A DNA stretch of 64,000 nucleotides from an uncultured Spirochaetota bacterium (GTDB lineage Bacteria; Bacteroidota; Bacteroidia; Bacteroidales; Bacteroidaceae). Below, piece by piece: positions 36,782-47,001 of this stretch. The notes under the pieces were generated by a model. The model had not been told where the DNA came from. It saw only the letters and a list, made by a program, of their open reading frames with translations, and searched no databases. Location: the NCBI GenBank assembly GCA_963639575.1, contig CAVHUR010000009.1, positions 1,477-65,476 on the forward strand. Direction: 5' to 3'. The translations under genes were made by a program, and so were the position numbers. The number at the start of each line of letters is the position of its first letter. Position 1 is the stretch's first letter.

Positions 36782-39013
36782 ATGAACACAATCTTCCTTG
36801 GCATCGTGTGCTTCCTTATCATTCTCGCCGTATTCGACCTTGTCGTGGGCGTGAGCAACGATGCAGTGAACTTCATCAACTCCGCTATCGGAGCTAAGGC
36901 GGCACGTTTCCGCACTATCATCCTCGTGGCCGCCATAGGCGTTTTCCTCGGTGCTGCCACGAGCAACGGCATGATGGACGTGGCGCGCCACGGCATCCTG
37001 TCGCCGTCGTACTATTCTTTCTATGACGTGATGTGCATCTTCCTCGCCGTCATGGTGACCGATGTGGTGCTCCTTGACGCATTCAACACGCTGGGAATGC
37101 CTACTTCCACCACCGTGTCACTGGTGTTTGAGCTGCTCGGCGGCTCATGTGCCATTGCGCTGATAACCATTGTGGGCAATCCCGAACTGTCGTTCGGCCA
37201 CATGATCAACACCGAAAAGGCGCTGTCGGTGATAATAGCCATCTTCCTCAGTGTGGCGGTGGCGTTCTTCTTCGGCACGATAGTGCAGTGGCTGTCGCGC
37301 CTGCTGTTCACCTTCAAAGTGAACCATCGGGGATTCAAGGTGGTCATTTTCGGCGGCATAGCAGTGACGAGCATCATCTGGTTTCTGCTCATCAACGGAC
37401 TGAAAGGCTCCACTATCATGACGCCCGAACTGCGCCAGTGGATCAGTGACAACACGCTTCTGATTATTACGACCTGCTTCGTGGGCTCCACCATAGTAAT
37501 GGCTCTGCTCAATCTTGTCAGGGTCAACGTGCTCAAGTTCGTCGTCCTGCTCGGCACATTCGCCCTCGCCATGGCGTTCGCCGGCAACGACCTCGTCAAC
37601 TTCATCGGCGTTCCGCTCGCCGGACTGTCGTCCTACCAGGACTATATAGCCAACGGTTCGGGCGACCCCTACACCTTCATGATGCACTCGCTCAACGAGA
37701 GTGCCAACACCCCGATAGTGTTCCTGCTCGGTGCAGGCGTGGTAATGGTGCTGTCACTCACCTTCTCCAAGAAAGCGCAAAATGTGGTCAAGACATCCGT
37801 AGACCTCAGCCGTCAGGACGAGGGAGACGAGATGTTCGGTTCGAGCGCAGTGGCCCGCACCCTCGTGAGAAGCACCACACGCATGGCGTCATCGGTGACT
37901 TCACTCATTCCCGAGCCTGTCGGCAAATGGATAAACTCGCGTTTCAACACCGATGAGGCGCAGATTGAGACAGGCGCAGCGTTCGACCTCGTGCGCGCTG
38001 CCGTCAACCTTGTGCTTGCCGGACTGCTTGTCGCGCTCGGCACAAGCTACAAACTGCCGCTGTCCACCACCTATGTCACCTTTATGGTAGCCATGGGTTC
38101 GAGCCTTGCCGACCGTGCATGGAGCCGTGAGTCGGCAGTATTCCGCATCACGGGAGTAATCAGTGTCATCGGCGGCTGGTTCGTTACTGCCGGCGTGGCG
38201 TTCCTCGTCGGTGCCATCGTTGCCTCGGTAATGTATTTCGGCTCCTATGTGGCAATGCTCATAATGATAGCCATCTCCATCTTCGTACTGCTGCGCAGCA
38301 ACAAGCTGTACGGCAAGAAGAACAAGAACGAACAGCCTGATACAATCTTCACACAACTGCTCAAGAGCCGCGACAACAACGAACGTCTGTCACTGCTTTG
38401 CCAGCATGTGCGCATCCAGACCGCCGCTCGTCTGCGGTTCGTGCGCCAGGCCTACACCTCCACAATCGAGGGTTTCTTCCATGAGGAGTACCGCCGCCTG
38501 CGCCGTGTGGAGAGCGATCTCGACGACGAACGCAAGGAGATGAAGCGTCAGCGCCGCAAGGAGATAATCGGTATCCGCAAGATTGACCAGATAGTAGCCA
38601 TTGAACGCAACACCTGGTTCTTCCTTGCCAACACCTCAATAGAGCAGATGCTCTACTGTATAAAGCGTATGAGCAACCCTTGCCGCGAACATGTGGGCAA
38701 CAATTTCTCGCCCGTTCCCACCAAGTATGTCAACAATTTCAATGCCCTCGGCGCAGAAGTCGAAAAGCTGCTCGACCGCACAGTGACCATGCTTGAGAAC
38801 AACACGATGGATCAGGCGGAGGTTATCAGAACCGATGCGGAGAACATACAGAAGAACCTTTCTGACTACCGCAAGCGCATAATCGACGAGATTCAGACGT
38901 CGACGACCAACATTGAGACCATGACAGTCTATCTCAACATCGTGCAGGAGACCCAGGCTCTGCTGGCATCCATGCGTCACATGATACGCGGTGTCATGAA
39001 ATTCCAGGAATAA
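36782..39013 (+). CDS. Inorganic phosphate transporter (PiT family) with PhoU-like C-terminus
   Basis: GVSNDAVN, GMPTSTT, AGNDLVN and LPLSTT PiT signatures. Confidence 0.9.
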   Translation: MNTIFLGIVCFLIILAVFDLVVGVSNDAVNFINSAIGAKAARFRTIILVAAIGVFLGAATSNGMMDVARHGILSPSYYSFYDVMCIFLAVMVTDVVLLDAFNTLGMPTSTTVSLVFELLGGSCAIALITIVGNPELSFGHMINTEKALSVIIAIFLSVAVAFFFGTIVQWLSRLLFTFKVNHRGFKVVIFGGIAVTSIIWFLLINGLKGSTIMTPELRQWISDNTLLIITTCFVGSTIVMALLNLVRVNVLKFVVLLGTFALAMAFAGNDLVNFIGVPLAGLSSYQDYIANGSGDPYTFMMHSLNESANTPIVFLLGAGVVMVLSLTFSKKAQNVVKTSVDLSRQDEGDEMFGSSAVARTLVRSTTRMASSVTSLIPEPVGKWINSRFNTDEAQIETGAAFDLVRAAVNLVLAGLLVALGTSYKLPLSTTYVTFMVAMGSSLADRAWSRESAVFRITGVISVIGGWFVTAGVAFLVGAIVASVMYFGSYVAMLIMIAISIFVLLRSNKLYGKKNKNEQPDTIFTQLLKSRDNNERLSLLCQHVRIQTAARLRFVRQAYTSTIEGFFHEEYRRLRRVESDLDDERKEMKRQRRKEIIGIRKIDQIVAIERNTWFFLANTSIEQMLYCIKRMSNPCREHVGNNFSPVPTKYVNNFNALGAEVEKLLDRTVTMLENNTMDQAEVIRTDAENIQKNLSDYRKRIIDEIQTSTTNIETMTVYLNIVQETQALLASMRHMIRGVMKFQE

Positions 39014-39088
39014 AGCGGTCTTCGTTGACTGCCATACTAAACGAGACAGGTTGCAGCATTCTTGCTGTAACCTGTCTCGTGGTGTTAT

Positions 39089-39236
39089 TAGTAGTTGCAA
39101 CAGCTGTGATTAGTAGTTGCAGCGTCCTCGCTGCAAACTTCCCATTAGAGTATTTCCAACTGGTACGACGTGGGGACGCGTCGACTACTAAGGATGTTCT
39201 TTGCTTCGGATGTAGACGTTGGGACGCGTCTGCTAC
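39089..39236. repeat. GTAG-type REP cluster (partly degenerate)
   Basis: GTAGTTGCAGCGTCCTCGCTGCAA, CGACGTGGGGACGCGTCGACTAC and AGACGTTGGGACGCGTCTGCTAC. Confidence 0.75.
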
Positions 39237-39258
39237 TGCAATCTCCCGACGCCTGAGG

Positions 39259-39717
39259 CTACTCGTCAGACACGGAGATGGGCATTCCCTCCTTTGAAAG
39301 GTAGAACACCACTATTTCGGTAGTCACGTTTCCGCGGTTCTCGCCGTGGTGAACCGTCCCCACAGTCTCTACCACAGCCTCGCCCTCGTGTATGGTTGTC
39401 TCCTTGCCGTCAGACTCTCTGACGATGGTCAACTGCCCCTTGTTCACCACGCCATAGGACATCACGTCGTGGTGATGCTTCGGCAGCGAACTGTGTGGAG
39501 GCAGCTTCACCTTGAGCACACGCAGTTCCGGTTTTCCGTCAAGATAGTCGGGCAGTTCCGCACCGTCCCAGCTCTGCGAGGTCTTGAGCAGCTCTTCGCT
39601 TTCCGGTTTTGGCGTTTCGCTGGCGTTGGCGTTCTCCGAACAGGAGCTGACCGACAGGTTCAGTCCCACCAGAGCCGCCGCCATGACGGCACAGAGGGAT
39701 TTCTTGTTTGTTTTCAT
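39259..39717 (-). CDS. Cupin-domain lipoprotein
   Basis: Lipobox SVSSC; LPKHHH...G.V.KGQL...EGEAVVE.VGTVHHGEN.G cupin motifs. Confidence 0.85.
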   Translation of the reverse strand: MKTNKKSLCAVMAAALVGLNLSVSSCSENANASETPKPESEELLKTSQSWDGAELPDYLDGKPELRVLKVKLPPHSSLPKHHHDVMSYGVVNKGQLTIVRESDGKETTIHEGEAVVETVGTVHHGENRGNVTTEIVVFYLSKEGMPISVSDE

Positions 39718-39882
39718 ATTGTGTTTCGTTGAATTGTTACATTCTGCAAAGGTACTGCAAACGAGCGAGAAAACGTGCCTGGGCACATGAAAAATGCCGC
39801 CGGCAGGGTTTTCTTGTGTTTTCACACCACAGTTCGGGTGCTGTGAAAACTGTGTTTTGGTGGTGGCGCATCGGTCGTGGTA

Positions 39883-39954
39883 CGACCGGACATCGACCGT
39901 GATACGATCGGATAACGACCGTGATACGACCGAATATCGACCGTGATACGACCA
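39883..39954. repeat. 11/22-bp-period tandem repeat
   Basis: CGACCG-like core at 39883, 39894, 39905, 39916, 39927, 39938 and 39949; alternate units read CGACCGTGATA. Confidence 0.8.
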
Positions 39955-40112
39955 CACGAACACCGCTTTCGCACCGTCCGAACACCCTGCTTGCACTGCT
40001 GCCGCATAGTGCTTGCATTGTGGTCTGCGGCAACTTTCCGCCTGTGAACTTGGCGGAATGGAAACAAATGAGTATTTTTGCAGCCATAAAGTTTGTTAAA
40101 ATACTGGCAGAG

Positions 40113-41912
40113 ATGAGCAGAAACAGGAAATCATCGGGCTTTCTTGCCGCCGCGGTGAAGCCTTGGGCAGAGAACACCACATTCTTTTTCATGATGTATA
40201 TTCTCGGGTGTGTGGTGTCGCATCTCACCGTTCCGCACTACCGCGGGGCTGCTGTCTATGCGCATCTCTACACCGAACTCTTCTTCGACGTCAGTATTCT
40301 GTGCATCGCGTTGTGGGCTGTGGGCAAGCGTGTCAGGCCTGTGCTCCGCGTCATCTTCAGTGTCGTGGCTTATGCACTGGCGCTTGTCGACGTGTATTGC
40401 TTTGTGACCTACGACACCACACTCACCCCCACGGTGATGATGCTCTTGGCGGAGACTGACGCACGCGAGGCCGGAGAGTTCATGAAAACGCTGGTTTCGC
40501 CGAATGTCATCTTCGGCAAGACAGGGTGGATACTGATCTTGGCGTTGGTCCACATACTGCTGACACCGCTCGGCCGCCTGTTCCGCAACGTGCGGTTGGA
40601 CGAGGCGGTGAAGGAGAGTGTGGTGCGTCCGGTCTGCGGAGTGGTCTTTTCGGTGGCGTTTGTCGTCACCGGCATCATGTCGATACCCAACAAGGTGGGG
40701 CTCTACAAACTAATGACTGCCGGCAACATAGGCACGGTGGAGCACCTGCTGACAGAGAAGGACCACGGTGTCACCTACCAGCCTGTCTACCGTCTGGCGT
40801 TCAGCGTGTATGCCAACTCGCTCACGTCGCGGCAGATAGATGTGCTGCGACGCTCGGCGGAAAACATCAGGGTGGACTCGTGCACGTTCACCTCACCCAA
40901 GATAGTGCTCATTATCGGCGAGAGCGTGTCGCGCAATCACTCGCAGCAATACGGCTACTGGCAACCCACGACACCGCGTCAGGCGTGGTTTGAGAGTACT
41001 GGCGACATGGTGAAATTCACCGATGTGGTGAGCCCGTGGAACCTTACCAGTTTCGTGTTCAAGCTGATGTTCTCCACCTACACCGTGGGCGACCATGGCG
41101 AGTGGTGCGACTATCCTCTCTTCCCCGAGGTGTTCCGCAAGGCCGGCTATCATGTGACATTCCTCACCAACCAGTTCCTGCCCCGTGCCAAGGAAGCCGT
41201 CTATGACTTCTCGGGAGGCTTTTTCCTGAACGACCCGGTGCTGTCGGCGGCACAGTTCGACACACGCAACAAGACCCTGCACCAGTTTGACGAGGGGTTG
41301 CTCGACGATTACAAAAAACTGAAACCGTCGGACGACATCAAGGGAGAGCTTGCCATATTCCACCTCGTGGGGCAGCATGTGCAGTACAAACAGCGTTCGC
41401 CTAAGGACAGAAAGGTGTTCAAGAAGGAGGACTACATCCAGAAGAAGCCGCATCTCAGCGACCGTGAGCGCAAGATACTTGCCGACTACGACAACGCCAT
41501 GCTCTATAACGACTCGGTGGTGGCAGCCATTGTCAAGCAGTTCATAGACCAGGACGCCATCGTTCTCTATGTGCCCGACCACGGCGAGGAGTGCTATGAG
41601 GGCGACCTGCACTTCTACTGCCGCATGCACAGCACAGAGATTACGTCGCGTCTGGCACATGCCGAGTTCGACATTCCGTTCTGGATATACTGCACCAAGA
41701 CCTACCAGAAGAACCATCCGGAAATCTTCGCGCAGATACAGGCTGCGCGCAACCGCCGCTACATGACCGACGCACTGCCGCACCTGCTGTTCTATCTCGG
41801 CGGCATAAGCACCAGTGACTACAACGAGAGGTACAATCTCATCAGCCCGCGGTATGACAACAACCGCCCGCGCATACTCAAGAACACCACCGACTATGAT
41901 GCACTTAAGTAG
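40113..41912 (+). CDS. Phosphoethanolamine transferase (EptA/CptA-like, sulfatase fold)
   Basis: Five N-terminal TMs, ET..REAGEF, IIGES..R.H...YGY..PTTP, HLVGQH, YDNA..YND and DHGE motifs. Confidence 0.88.
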   Translation: MSRNRKSSGFLAAAVKPWAENTTFFFMMYILGCVVSHLTVPHYRGAAVYAHLYTELFFDVSILCIALWAVGKRVRPVLRVIFSVVAYALALVDVYCFVTYDTTLTPTVMMLLAETDAREAGEFMKTLVSPNVIFGKTGWILILALVHILLTPLGRLFRNVRLDEAVKESVVRPVCGVVFSVAFVVTGIMSIPNKVGLYKLMTAGNIGTVEHLLTEKDHGVTYQPVYRLAFSVYANSLTSRQIDVLRRSAENIRVDSCTFTSPKIVLIIGESVSRNHSQQYGYWQPTTPRQAWFESTGDMVKFTDVVSPWNLTSFVFKLMFSTYTVGDHGEWCDYPLFPEVFRKAGYHVTFLTNQFLPRAKEAVYDFSGGFFLNDPVLSAAQFDTRNKTLHQFDEGLLDDYKKLKPSDDIKGELAIFHLVGQHVQYKQRSPKDRKVFKKEDYIQKKPHLSDRERKILADYDNAMLYNDSVVAAIVKQFIDQDAIVLYVPDHGEECYEGDLHFYCRMHSTEITSRLAHAEFDIPFWIYCTKTYQKNHPEIFAQIQAARNRRYMTDALPHLLFYLGGISTSDYNERYNLISPRYDNNRPRILKNTTDYDALK

Positions 41913-42963
41913 ACAAGAGTGCTCCTCACTGCGCGGAATTGCCATTCTGGGCATAGTGCTGCACAACTATTGCCACTGGCTCGGCATGGCAGTGAAGGAG
42001 AATGAATACACCTTTTCGCTCGCCAAAGCGGACGGCATGGCAAACGCCATAGCCAATCCTTCGTGGAATCTCCCCGTGCACTTGCTGTCGTTCTTCGGCC
42101 ATTACGGAGTGCCGGTGTTCCTGTTTCTCAGTGCCTACGGACTGACCATGAAATATGAAATCGGCGGTGCGGAGGACAAGGTGTGGCCTTTTCTGAAAAA
42201 ACATTTCCTGAAACTCTTCAACATGATGATAGTAGGCTTCGCCGCCTTCATCATGGTTGACCGCATGGTAGACGGCCCTCACCGCTATCATCTCATGGAT
42301 GTGGTGACACAGTTGCTGCTCGTCAACAACCTCATGCCCGACCCCGACCATGTCATCTGGCCCGGTCCCTACTGGTTTTTCGGGCTGATGCTCCAGCTGT
42401 ATGTGGTCTACCGGCTGTTCCTCTACAAGCGTCATTGGGGCGTGACAGTGGCTTTCATGCTCGTGTGCACGCTGCTCCAGGCTCTGTGCAGCCCCGAGGG
42501 CGATGCTCTGAACCGCCTGCGCTACAACTTTATAGGCGGCATGCTGCCGTTCGGCATGGGACTTCTCTACGGTCGTATGGCTGAAATGAAATGGAAGGAA
42601 CACATCCGATGGAAACCAAACAGCATCTTCCTGCAAACCTGCTGCATGGTTTTTGCGGTGCTGCTTCTTGCCGTCATCGTCTACGGTTGGAGTTTCGACT
42701 TCATGTCCTGGCTGTGGGTGCCGGCGGCAGTGTGCCTGCTCTGCGTGCTGACGGTGAAGGTTCTGCCGGCGAAAGTCAATGACCTGCTGGCATGGGTGGG
42801 CGCAATCTCGTCCGCCATGTTTGTGTGTCACCCCATAACAAGGAAGATATTTATCCCGATAAGCCGCCATGGCGACATCTACACGGGACTGCTGCTGTAC
42901 ATGGTAGCCACGTTTGTGCTCGCCCTGGGCTTCCGTTTCATACTCCAGAAGAAAAAGTCATGA
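41896..42963 (+). CDS. Acyltransferase-3 family O-acyltransferase
   Basis: LRGIAILGIVLHN, GVPVFLFLSAYGL and WFFGLMLQLY; multi-TM. Confidence 0.88.
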   Translation: MMHLSRQECSSLRGIAILGIVLHNYCHWLGMAVKENEYTFSLAKADGMANAIANPSWNLPVHLLSFFGHYGVPVFLFLSAYGLTMKYEIGGAEDKVWPFLKKHFLKLFNMMIVGFAAFIMVDRMVDGPHRYHLMDVVTQLLLVNNLMPDPDHVIWPGPYWFFGLMLQLYVVYRLFLYKRHWGVTVAFMLVCTLLQALCSPEGDALNRLRYNFIGGMLPFGMGLLYGRMAEMKWKEHIRWKPNSIFLQTCCMVFAVLLLAVIVYGWSFDFMSWLWVPAAVCLLCVLTVKVLPAKVNDLLAWVGAISSAMFVCHPITRKIFIPISRHGDIYTGLLLYMVATFVLALGFRFILQKKKS

Positions 42964-44003
42964 GTATGAAAAGTCCACAGAGCGTCAACCTTGCCGACAT
43001 CAGCCGCTACCGCTCAGAGTATATGGGAGTGGCAATGCTGGTGATAATCCTGTTTCATGTGGCATTGCCCCGCAGTTCGGAATTTTTCGGTTTGCGCCGT
43101 ATGGGCAATGTCGGTGTCGACATGTTCCTGTTCCTGAGCGGTGTGGGACTGTGGTTCTCGTGGACGAAAAACACCGTGGCGGCACAGACGGAACGTTTTT
43201 TCATCCGTTGGCTTTCGTTCTACAAGCGCCGTCTGTGGCGCGTCTATCCCACATGGCTCGTCATAGCCTGTCTCTACTACATACCGCGCTATCATCACGG
43301 CATGGCACTGTGGGCTGACGGACACGGACTGGCGGACTTGCTGGGCGACATACTCATAAACTGGGATTTCTGGCTTCACGACGAACTGACATTCTGGTAT
43401 ATCCCTGCCATTATGCTTCTCTATGTCTTCGCCCCGCCGTTTATGGAACTCATAAGGCGCAACCCGGACTTCCGCTGGATGGTGCTGCTGTTTGTGGTGT
43501 GGACGGTGGCTGTGCAGTGGGTGACACCCATTCACCGGGCGGTAGGGCACATCGAGATATTCTGGAGTCGTGTGCCCATATTTTTTCTCGGCATCTCCAT
43601 GGGCGAAGCAGTCAAGAGCGGACAGTGCCGCAAGGGTTCTACCGTGTGGCTGGTGTGCGCCATTTTCGCCGCGTCGCTGCTGACCTGCATGTACATGGAG
43701 CAGCATCTGCACGGCCGTTTCCCCCTGTTTATAGAGCGGCTTGTATATATTCCCCTCACCGTGACCTTCGTCATACTGCTCGGCAGACTGTTTGCCGTCA
43801 CCCCGAAACGGCTCAATGCCGCCGTGGCATGGGTGGGCACAGTGTCGCTGGAAACCTATCTCATACACTCGCAGTTCGTGCTGTGGCGCGTGGAACAGCT
43901 GCACTTGGGCTACTGGCTCACATTCCTGCTGACCCTCGCCGTGTCCCTGCCGTTGGCATGGGCACTGCACAGACTGATGCAGAGAGTCACTTCACTTTTT
44001 TAG
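42960..44003 (+). CDS. Acyltransferase-3 family O-acyltransferase
   Basis: MGVAMLVIILFH, GVDMFLFLSGVGL, FYKRRL.R.YP, WYIP and SLETYLIH motifs. Confidence 0.88.
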   Translation: MSMKSPQSVNLADISRYRSEYMGVAMLVIILFHVALPRSSEFFGLRRMGNVGVDMFLFLSGVGLWFSWTKNTVAAQTERFFIRWLSFYKRRLWRVYPTWLVIACLYYIPRYHHGMALWADGHGLADLLGDILINWDFWLHDELTFWYIPAIMLLYVFAPPFMELIRRNPDFRWMVLLFVVWTVAVQWVTPIHRAVGHIEIFWSRVPIFFLGISMGEAVKSGQCRKGSTVWLVCAIFAASLLTCMYMEQHLHGRFPLFIERLVYIPLTVTFVILLGRLFAVTPKRLNAAVAWVGTVSLETYLIHSQFVLWRVEQLHLGYWLTFLLTLAVSLPLAWALHRLMQRVTSLF

Positions 44004-44018
44004 AACCCGTATTTGGAC

Positions 44019-44897
44019 ATGAAAGATATTATCCGTCTGATCCGCCCCTACCAGTGGGTAAAGAACTCATTTGTATTCCTTCCGGTTTTCTTCGGCGGCG
44101 TAATCGACCGCACAGAGAGCCTGACCGGCAGCATCGTGGCTTTCCTCTCGTTCTGTTTCATGGCATCTGCCGTCTACTGCTACAACGACATCCTCGATGT
44201 GGAAGCCGACCGCCGGCACTCGGAAAAGTGCCATCGCCCGATAGCGTCGGGGGCGATATCGGTGGCGGGAGGCTATGCCATAATGGGCGTGATGCTGCTG
44301 TTGTCGCTATTGTCAGTGCTTGCGGCAGGCGAACGTGCCGCACGTCTCGGTACGGTGATGGCGGTGTATCTCGTGCTGGAGATATTCTACTGCCGTCTGC
44401 TCAAGCGTTTTGCCGTGGTAGACGTGTGCGTGCTGTCGTTCGGATTCGTGCTGCGCATCCTTGCCGGCAGTGCCGCCACAGGTGTGGTGGCTTCCCATTG
44501 GCTTGTGATGATGACGTTCCTGCTGGCACTGCTGCTGTCGTTTGCCAAGCGCAGAGACGACGTGCTGAAGATGATGGCCACGGGAGAAGCGCCGCGGCAC
44601 AACACCAAACGCTACAACATGACATTTGTCAACCAGGCCATAACGGTCACTGCCTCGGTCACGCTCGTGTGCTATCTGATGTACACCATATCGCCTGAGG
44701 TGACCTCAAGGACCAATTTCCAGTACGGATACCTCACCACCATACTTGTGCTTCTGGGACTTCTGCGCTACATGCAGCTCACTTCGGTGGACAACAAGTC
44801 GGGAGATCCCACAAAGTTGCTCTACTCCGACAGATTCCTGCAGGCGGTAATCGTGATGTGGCTGTTGGCGTATGTGCTGATGATATATGTAATCTGA
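44019..44897 (+). CDS. UbiA-family polyprenyl-phosphate phosphoribosyltransferase-like protein
   Basis: RPYQWVKN, YCYNDILDVEADRRH..K..RPIASG, GFVLR..AG and KRR motifs typical of the DPPR-synthase subgroup. Confidence 0.85.
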   Translation: MKDIIRLIRPYQWVKNSFVFLPVFFGGVIDRTESLTGSIVAFLSFCFMASAVYCYNDILDVEADRRHSEKCHRPIASGAISVAGGYAIMGVMLLLSLLSVLAAGERAARLGTVMAVYLVLEIFYCRLLKRFAVVDVCVLSFGFVLRILAGSAATGVVASHWLVMMTFLLALLLSFAKRRDDVLKMMATGEAPRHNTKRYNMTFVNQAITVTASVTLVCYLMYTISPEVTSRTNFQYGYLTTILVLLGLLRYMQLTSVDNKSGDPTKLLYSDRFLQAVIVMWLLAYVLMIYVI

Positions 44898-44900
44898 GGG

Positions 44901-45491
44901 ATGAAGACAATAATAGCTACCGATTTCGACGGCACCCTCACCAAAGCCGACACGCTGCTGAGGTTTATCCGCTTCGCCTGTGGCGATGTGCGCTTTCTGT
45001 GCGGTTTCACGCTCTATCTGCCGATGATAGTGCTAATGAAACTGCGTGTGTGCCCCAACTGGAAACTCAAGCAGAAGGTGTTCTCGCACTTCTTCCGCGG
45101 CATGGACATCGTGGAGTTCAACCGCCGGTGCAGGGACTATGCCGCCAAAGACCGCCATATACTGCGCAAGGGTGGGGCGGAGATGATAAGAAATGTACAG
45201 GTGGAGGACACGGAAGTGGTGATAGTGAGTGCCAGCATCGAGAATTGGGTGCAGCCGTTCTTCCCCGAGGTGAGGGTAATCGGCACGCGGATAGAAGTCA
45301 AGGACGGCCGCTTGACAGGACGTTTCAGCACGAACAACTGCTACGGAGCGGAGAAAGTGAAGCGTCTGAAGGAGGTTTTTCCCGACCGCAATGCCTACCG
45401 TCTCGTGGCCTATGGCGACAGCGGAGGCGACAGGGAGTTGCTCGCCTTTGCCGACGAGAGCCATTTCAAACCGTGGCGCACGGACGAATGA
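44901..45491 (+). CDS. HAD-IB family phosphatase
   Basis: DFDGTLT, IVSAS, NCYG.EK and AYGDSGGD motifs. Confidence 0.9.
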   Translation: MKTIIATDFDGTLTKADTLLRFIRFACGDVRFLCGFTLYLPMIVLMKLRVCPNWKLKQKVFSHFFRGMDIVEFNRRCRDYAAKDRHILRKGGAEMIRNVQVEDTEVVIVSASIENWVQPFFPEVRVIGTRIEVKDGRLTGRFSTNNCYGAEKVKRLKEVFPDRNAYRLVAYGDSGGDRELLAFADESHFKPWRTDE

Positions 45492-45507
45492 AACAGAAGA
45501 GAGATTT

Positions 45508-47001
45508 ATGGACAAACTGAAAAACTATAGAAACAAGTGCTGCCGATGGCTTTCGGCGGCGATGGACATGTTCCGGGTGAAGAGGGAAGAGCGGTTGCTC
45601 ATGTGCGTGATATTGATTTTCCTGCTTTTCCTGCATGCCTTGGTGATATGCAAATACTACGGCGTGTTCTCCAAGATAGACCCGCGCGGCTTCTACTGGA
45701 CGCTTTTTATCCGCAACTTTCATGTGTCGGGGTTCGACCCGATAACCTATAGCATAGTGTCGAAATGGAGTACCGGATACAATGTCTACCGCCATCCGCT
45801 GCTCGCATTCTTCATGTACGTGCCCTATCTCGTCAATCAGGGGCTGATGCTTGTCACCGGCAAGAACTGCGCACTCTTCGTGGTGGCTGTCATGCAGACG
45901 TTCTGGGGATTCTACGGAATGCTGTTCTTCTACCGCATAGTGCGCGAACTGATAGGTCTCGGACGGCGCATGGCGTCACTCTTGACACTGTTTTTCCTCT
46001 CCTTCGCCTATGTCATGGTGTCGGCAATGGTGCCCGACCACTTCATCATATCCATGATGCTGTTGCTCCTGGTGCTGTATGTGTCGGGCAGAAAGATGCT
46101 CTCCGGGCGACCGATAACGCTGTTTCAGGGCATACTGATGTTTGTCATTACCGCCGGCGTTTCGCTCAACAACGGCCTCAAGGTCTATCTGGCTTCGCTC
46201 TTTGTCAACCGCCGCCGCTTCTTCCGGCCGGTCAACCTTCTTGTCGGGGTGTTGCTGCCGGCTGCGCTCATGTGGGGCTTCTGCCGATGGGAGTATGCCA
46301 CTTTCGTGTGGCCGAAGGAGGTGGCTCAGCACAAAGCCAAGGAGAAACGCAAGGCGCAAAAGAAGAAAAAGGACTACGAGATGAAGCTGGCGCAGGCAAG
46401 GGAAGACTCCGTTCTCCGTGCCAAAGGCGACACCTCCGCTATCGTGGCGCGTAAGGCCGCCGAAGCAACAGAGGCTCACAAGAAAGCTGCAGCCAAGAAG
46501 AAGCGTGGCCCGAAACAGGGTGCGCCGATATCCAACGGCGAGTTTATGCGCTGGACGGATGTCACCTCGTCGCGTCTGTCGGCAACAGTGGAAAACCTGT
46601 TTGGCGAGTCCATACAGTTGCATCAGGATTATCTCCTGGGCGATGTCCTGCGTTCGCGCCCCATGGTGGTGCACTACCGCTGGTGGTGGAGCTATGTCGT
46701 GGAGGGCATTGTCGCCGTGCTCTTTGCCGCAGGAATATTCTTCGGGCGCAAGAGACGGTTCCTGTGGCTGGTGCTCAGCTGCTTCGGCATGGACATGCTG
46801 CTGCACGTGGGACTTGGATTCGGCATCAACGAGGTGTACATAATGTCGGCTCACTGGATATTTGCCGTGCCGATAGCCGTAGCCTGCATAGTGCCGCAGT
46901 TGGGTGAAAGGGGCAAGCGCGGACTGGCGGTACTGTTGTCGCTGCTCACGCTATACCTATTTATATATAATGTAACTCTGATTGCGGGTTACTTCCTATG
47001 A
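45508..47001 (+). CDS. DUF6080-like multi-pass membrane protein (putative GT-C glycosyltransferase)
   Basis: NFHVSGFDP.TY...RHPLL, VPDHF, ENLFGE..LH, INEVYIM.AHW; about 10 TMs; contains a charged Lys/Ala insert. Confidence 0.7.
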   Translation: MDKLKNYRNKCCRWLSAAMDMFRVKREERLLMCVILIFLLFLHALVICKYYGVFSKIDPRGFYWTLFIRNFHVSGFDPITYSIVSKWSTGYNVYRHPLLAFFMYVPYLVNQGLMLVTGKNCALFVVAVMQTFWGFYGMLFFYRIVRELIGLGRRMASLLTLFFLSFAYVMVSAMVPDHFIISMMLLLLVLYVSGRKMLSGRPITLFQGILMFVITAGVSLNNGLKVYLASLFVNRRRFFRPVNLLVGVLLPAALMWGFCRWEYATFVWPKEVAQHKAKEKRKAQKKKKDYEMKLAQAREDSVLRAKGDTSAIVARKAAEATEAHKKAAAKKKRGPKQGAPISNGEFMRWTDVTSSRLSATVENLFGESIQLHQDYLLGDVLRSRPMVVHYRWWWSYVVEGIVAVLFAAGIFFGRKRRFLWLVLSCFGMDMLLHVGLGFGINEVYIMSAHWIFAVPIAVACIVPQLGERGKRGLAVLLSLLTLYLFIYNVTLIAGYFL

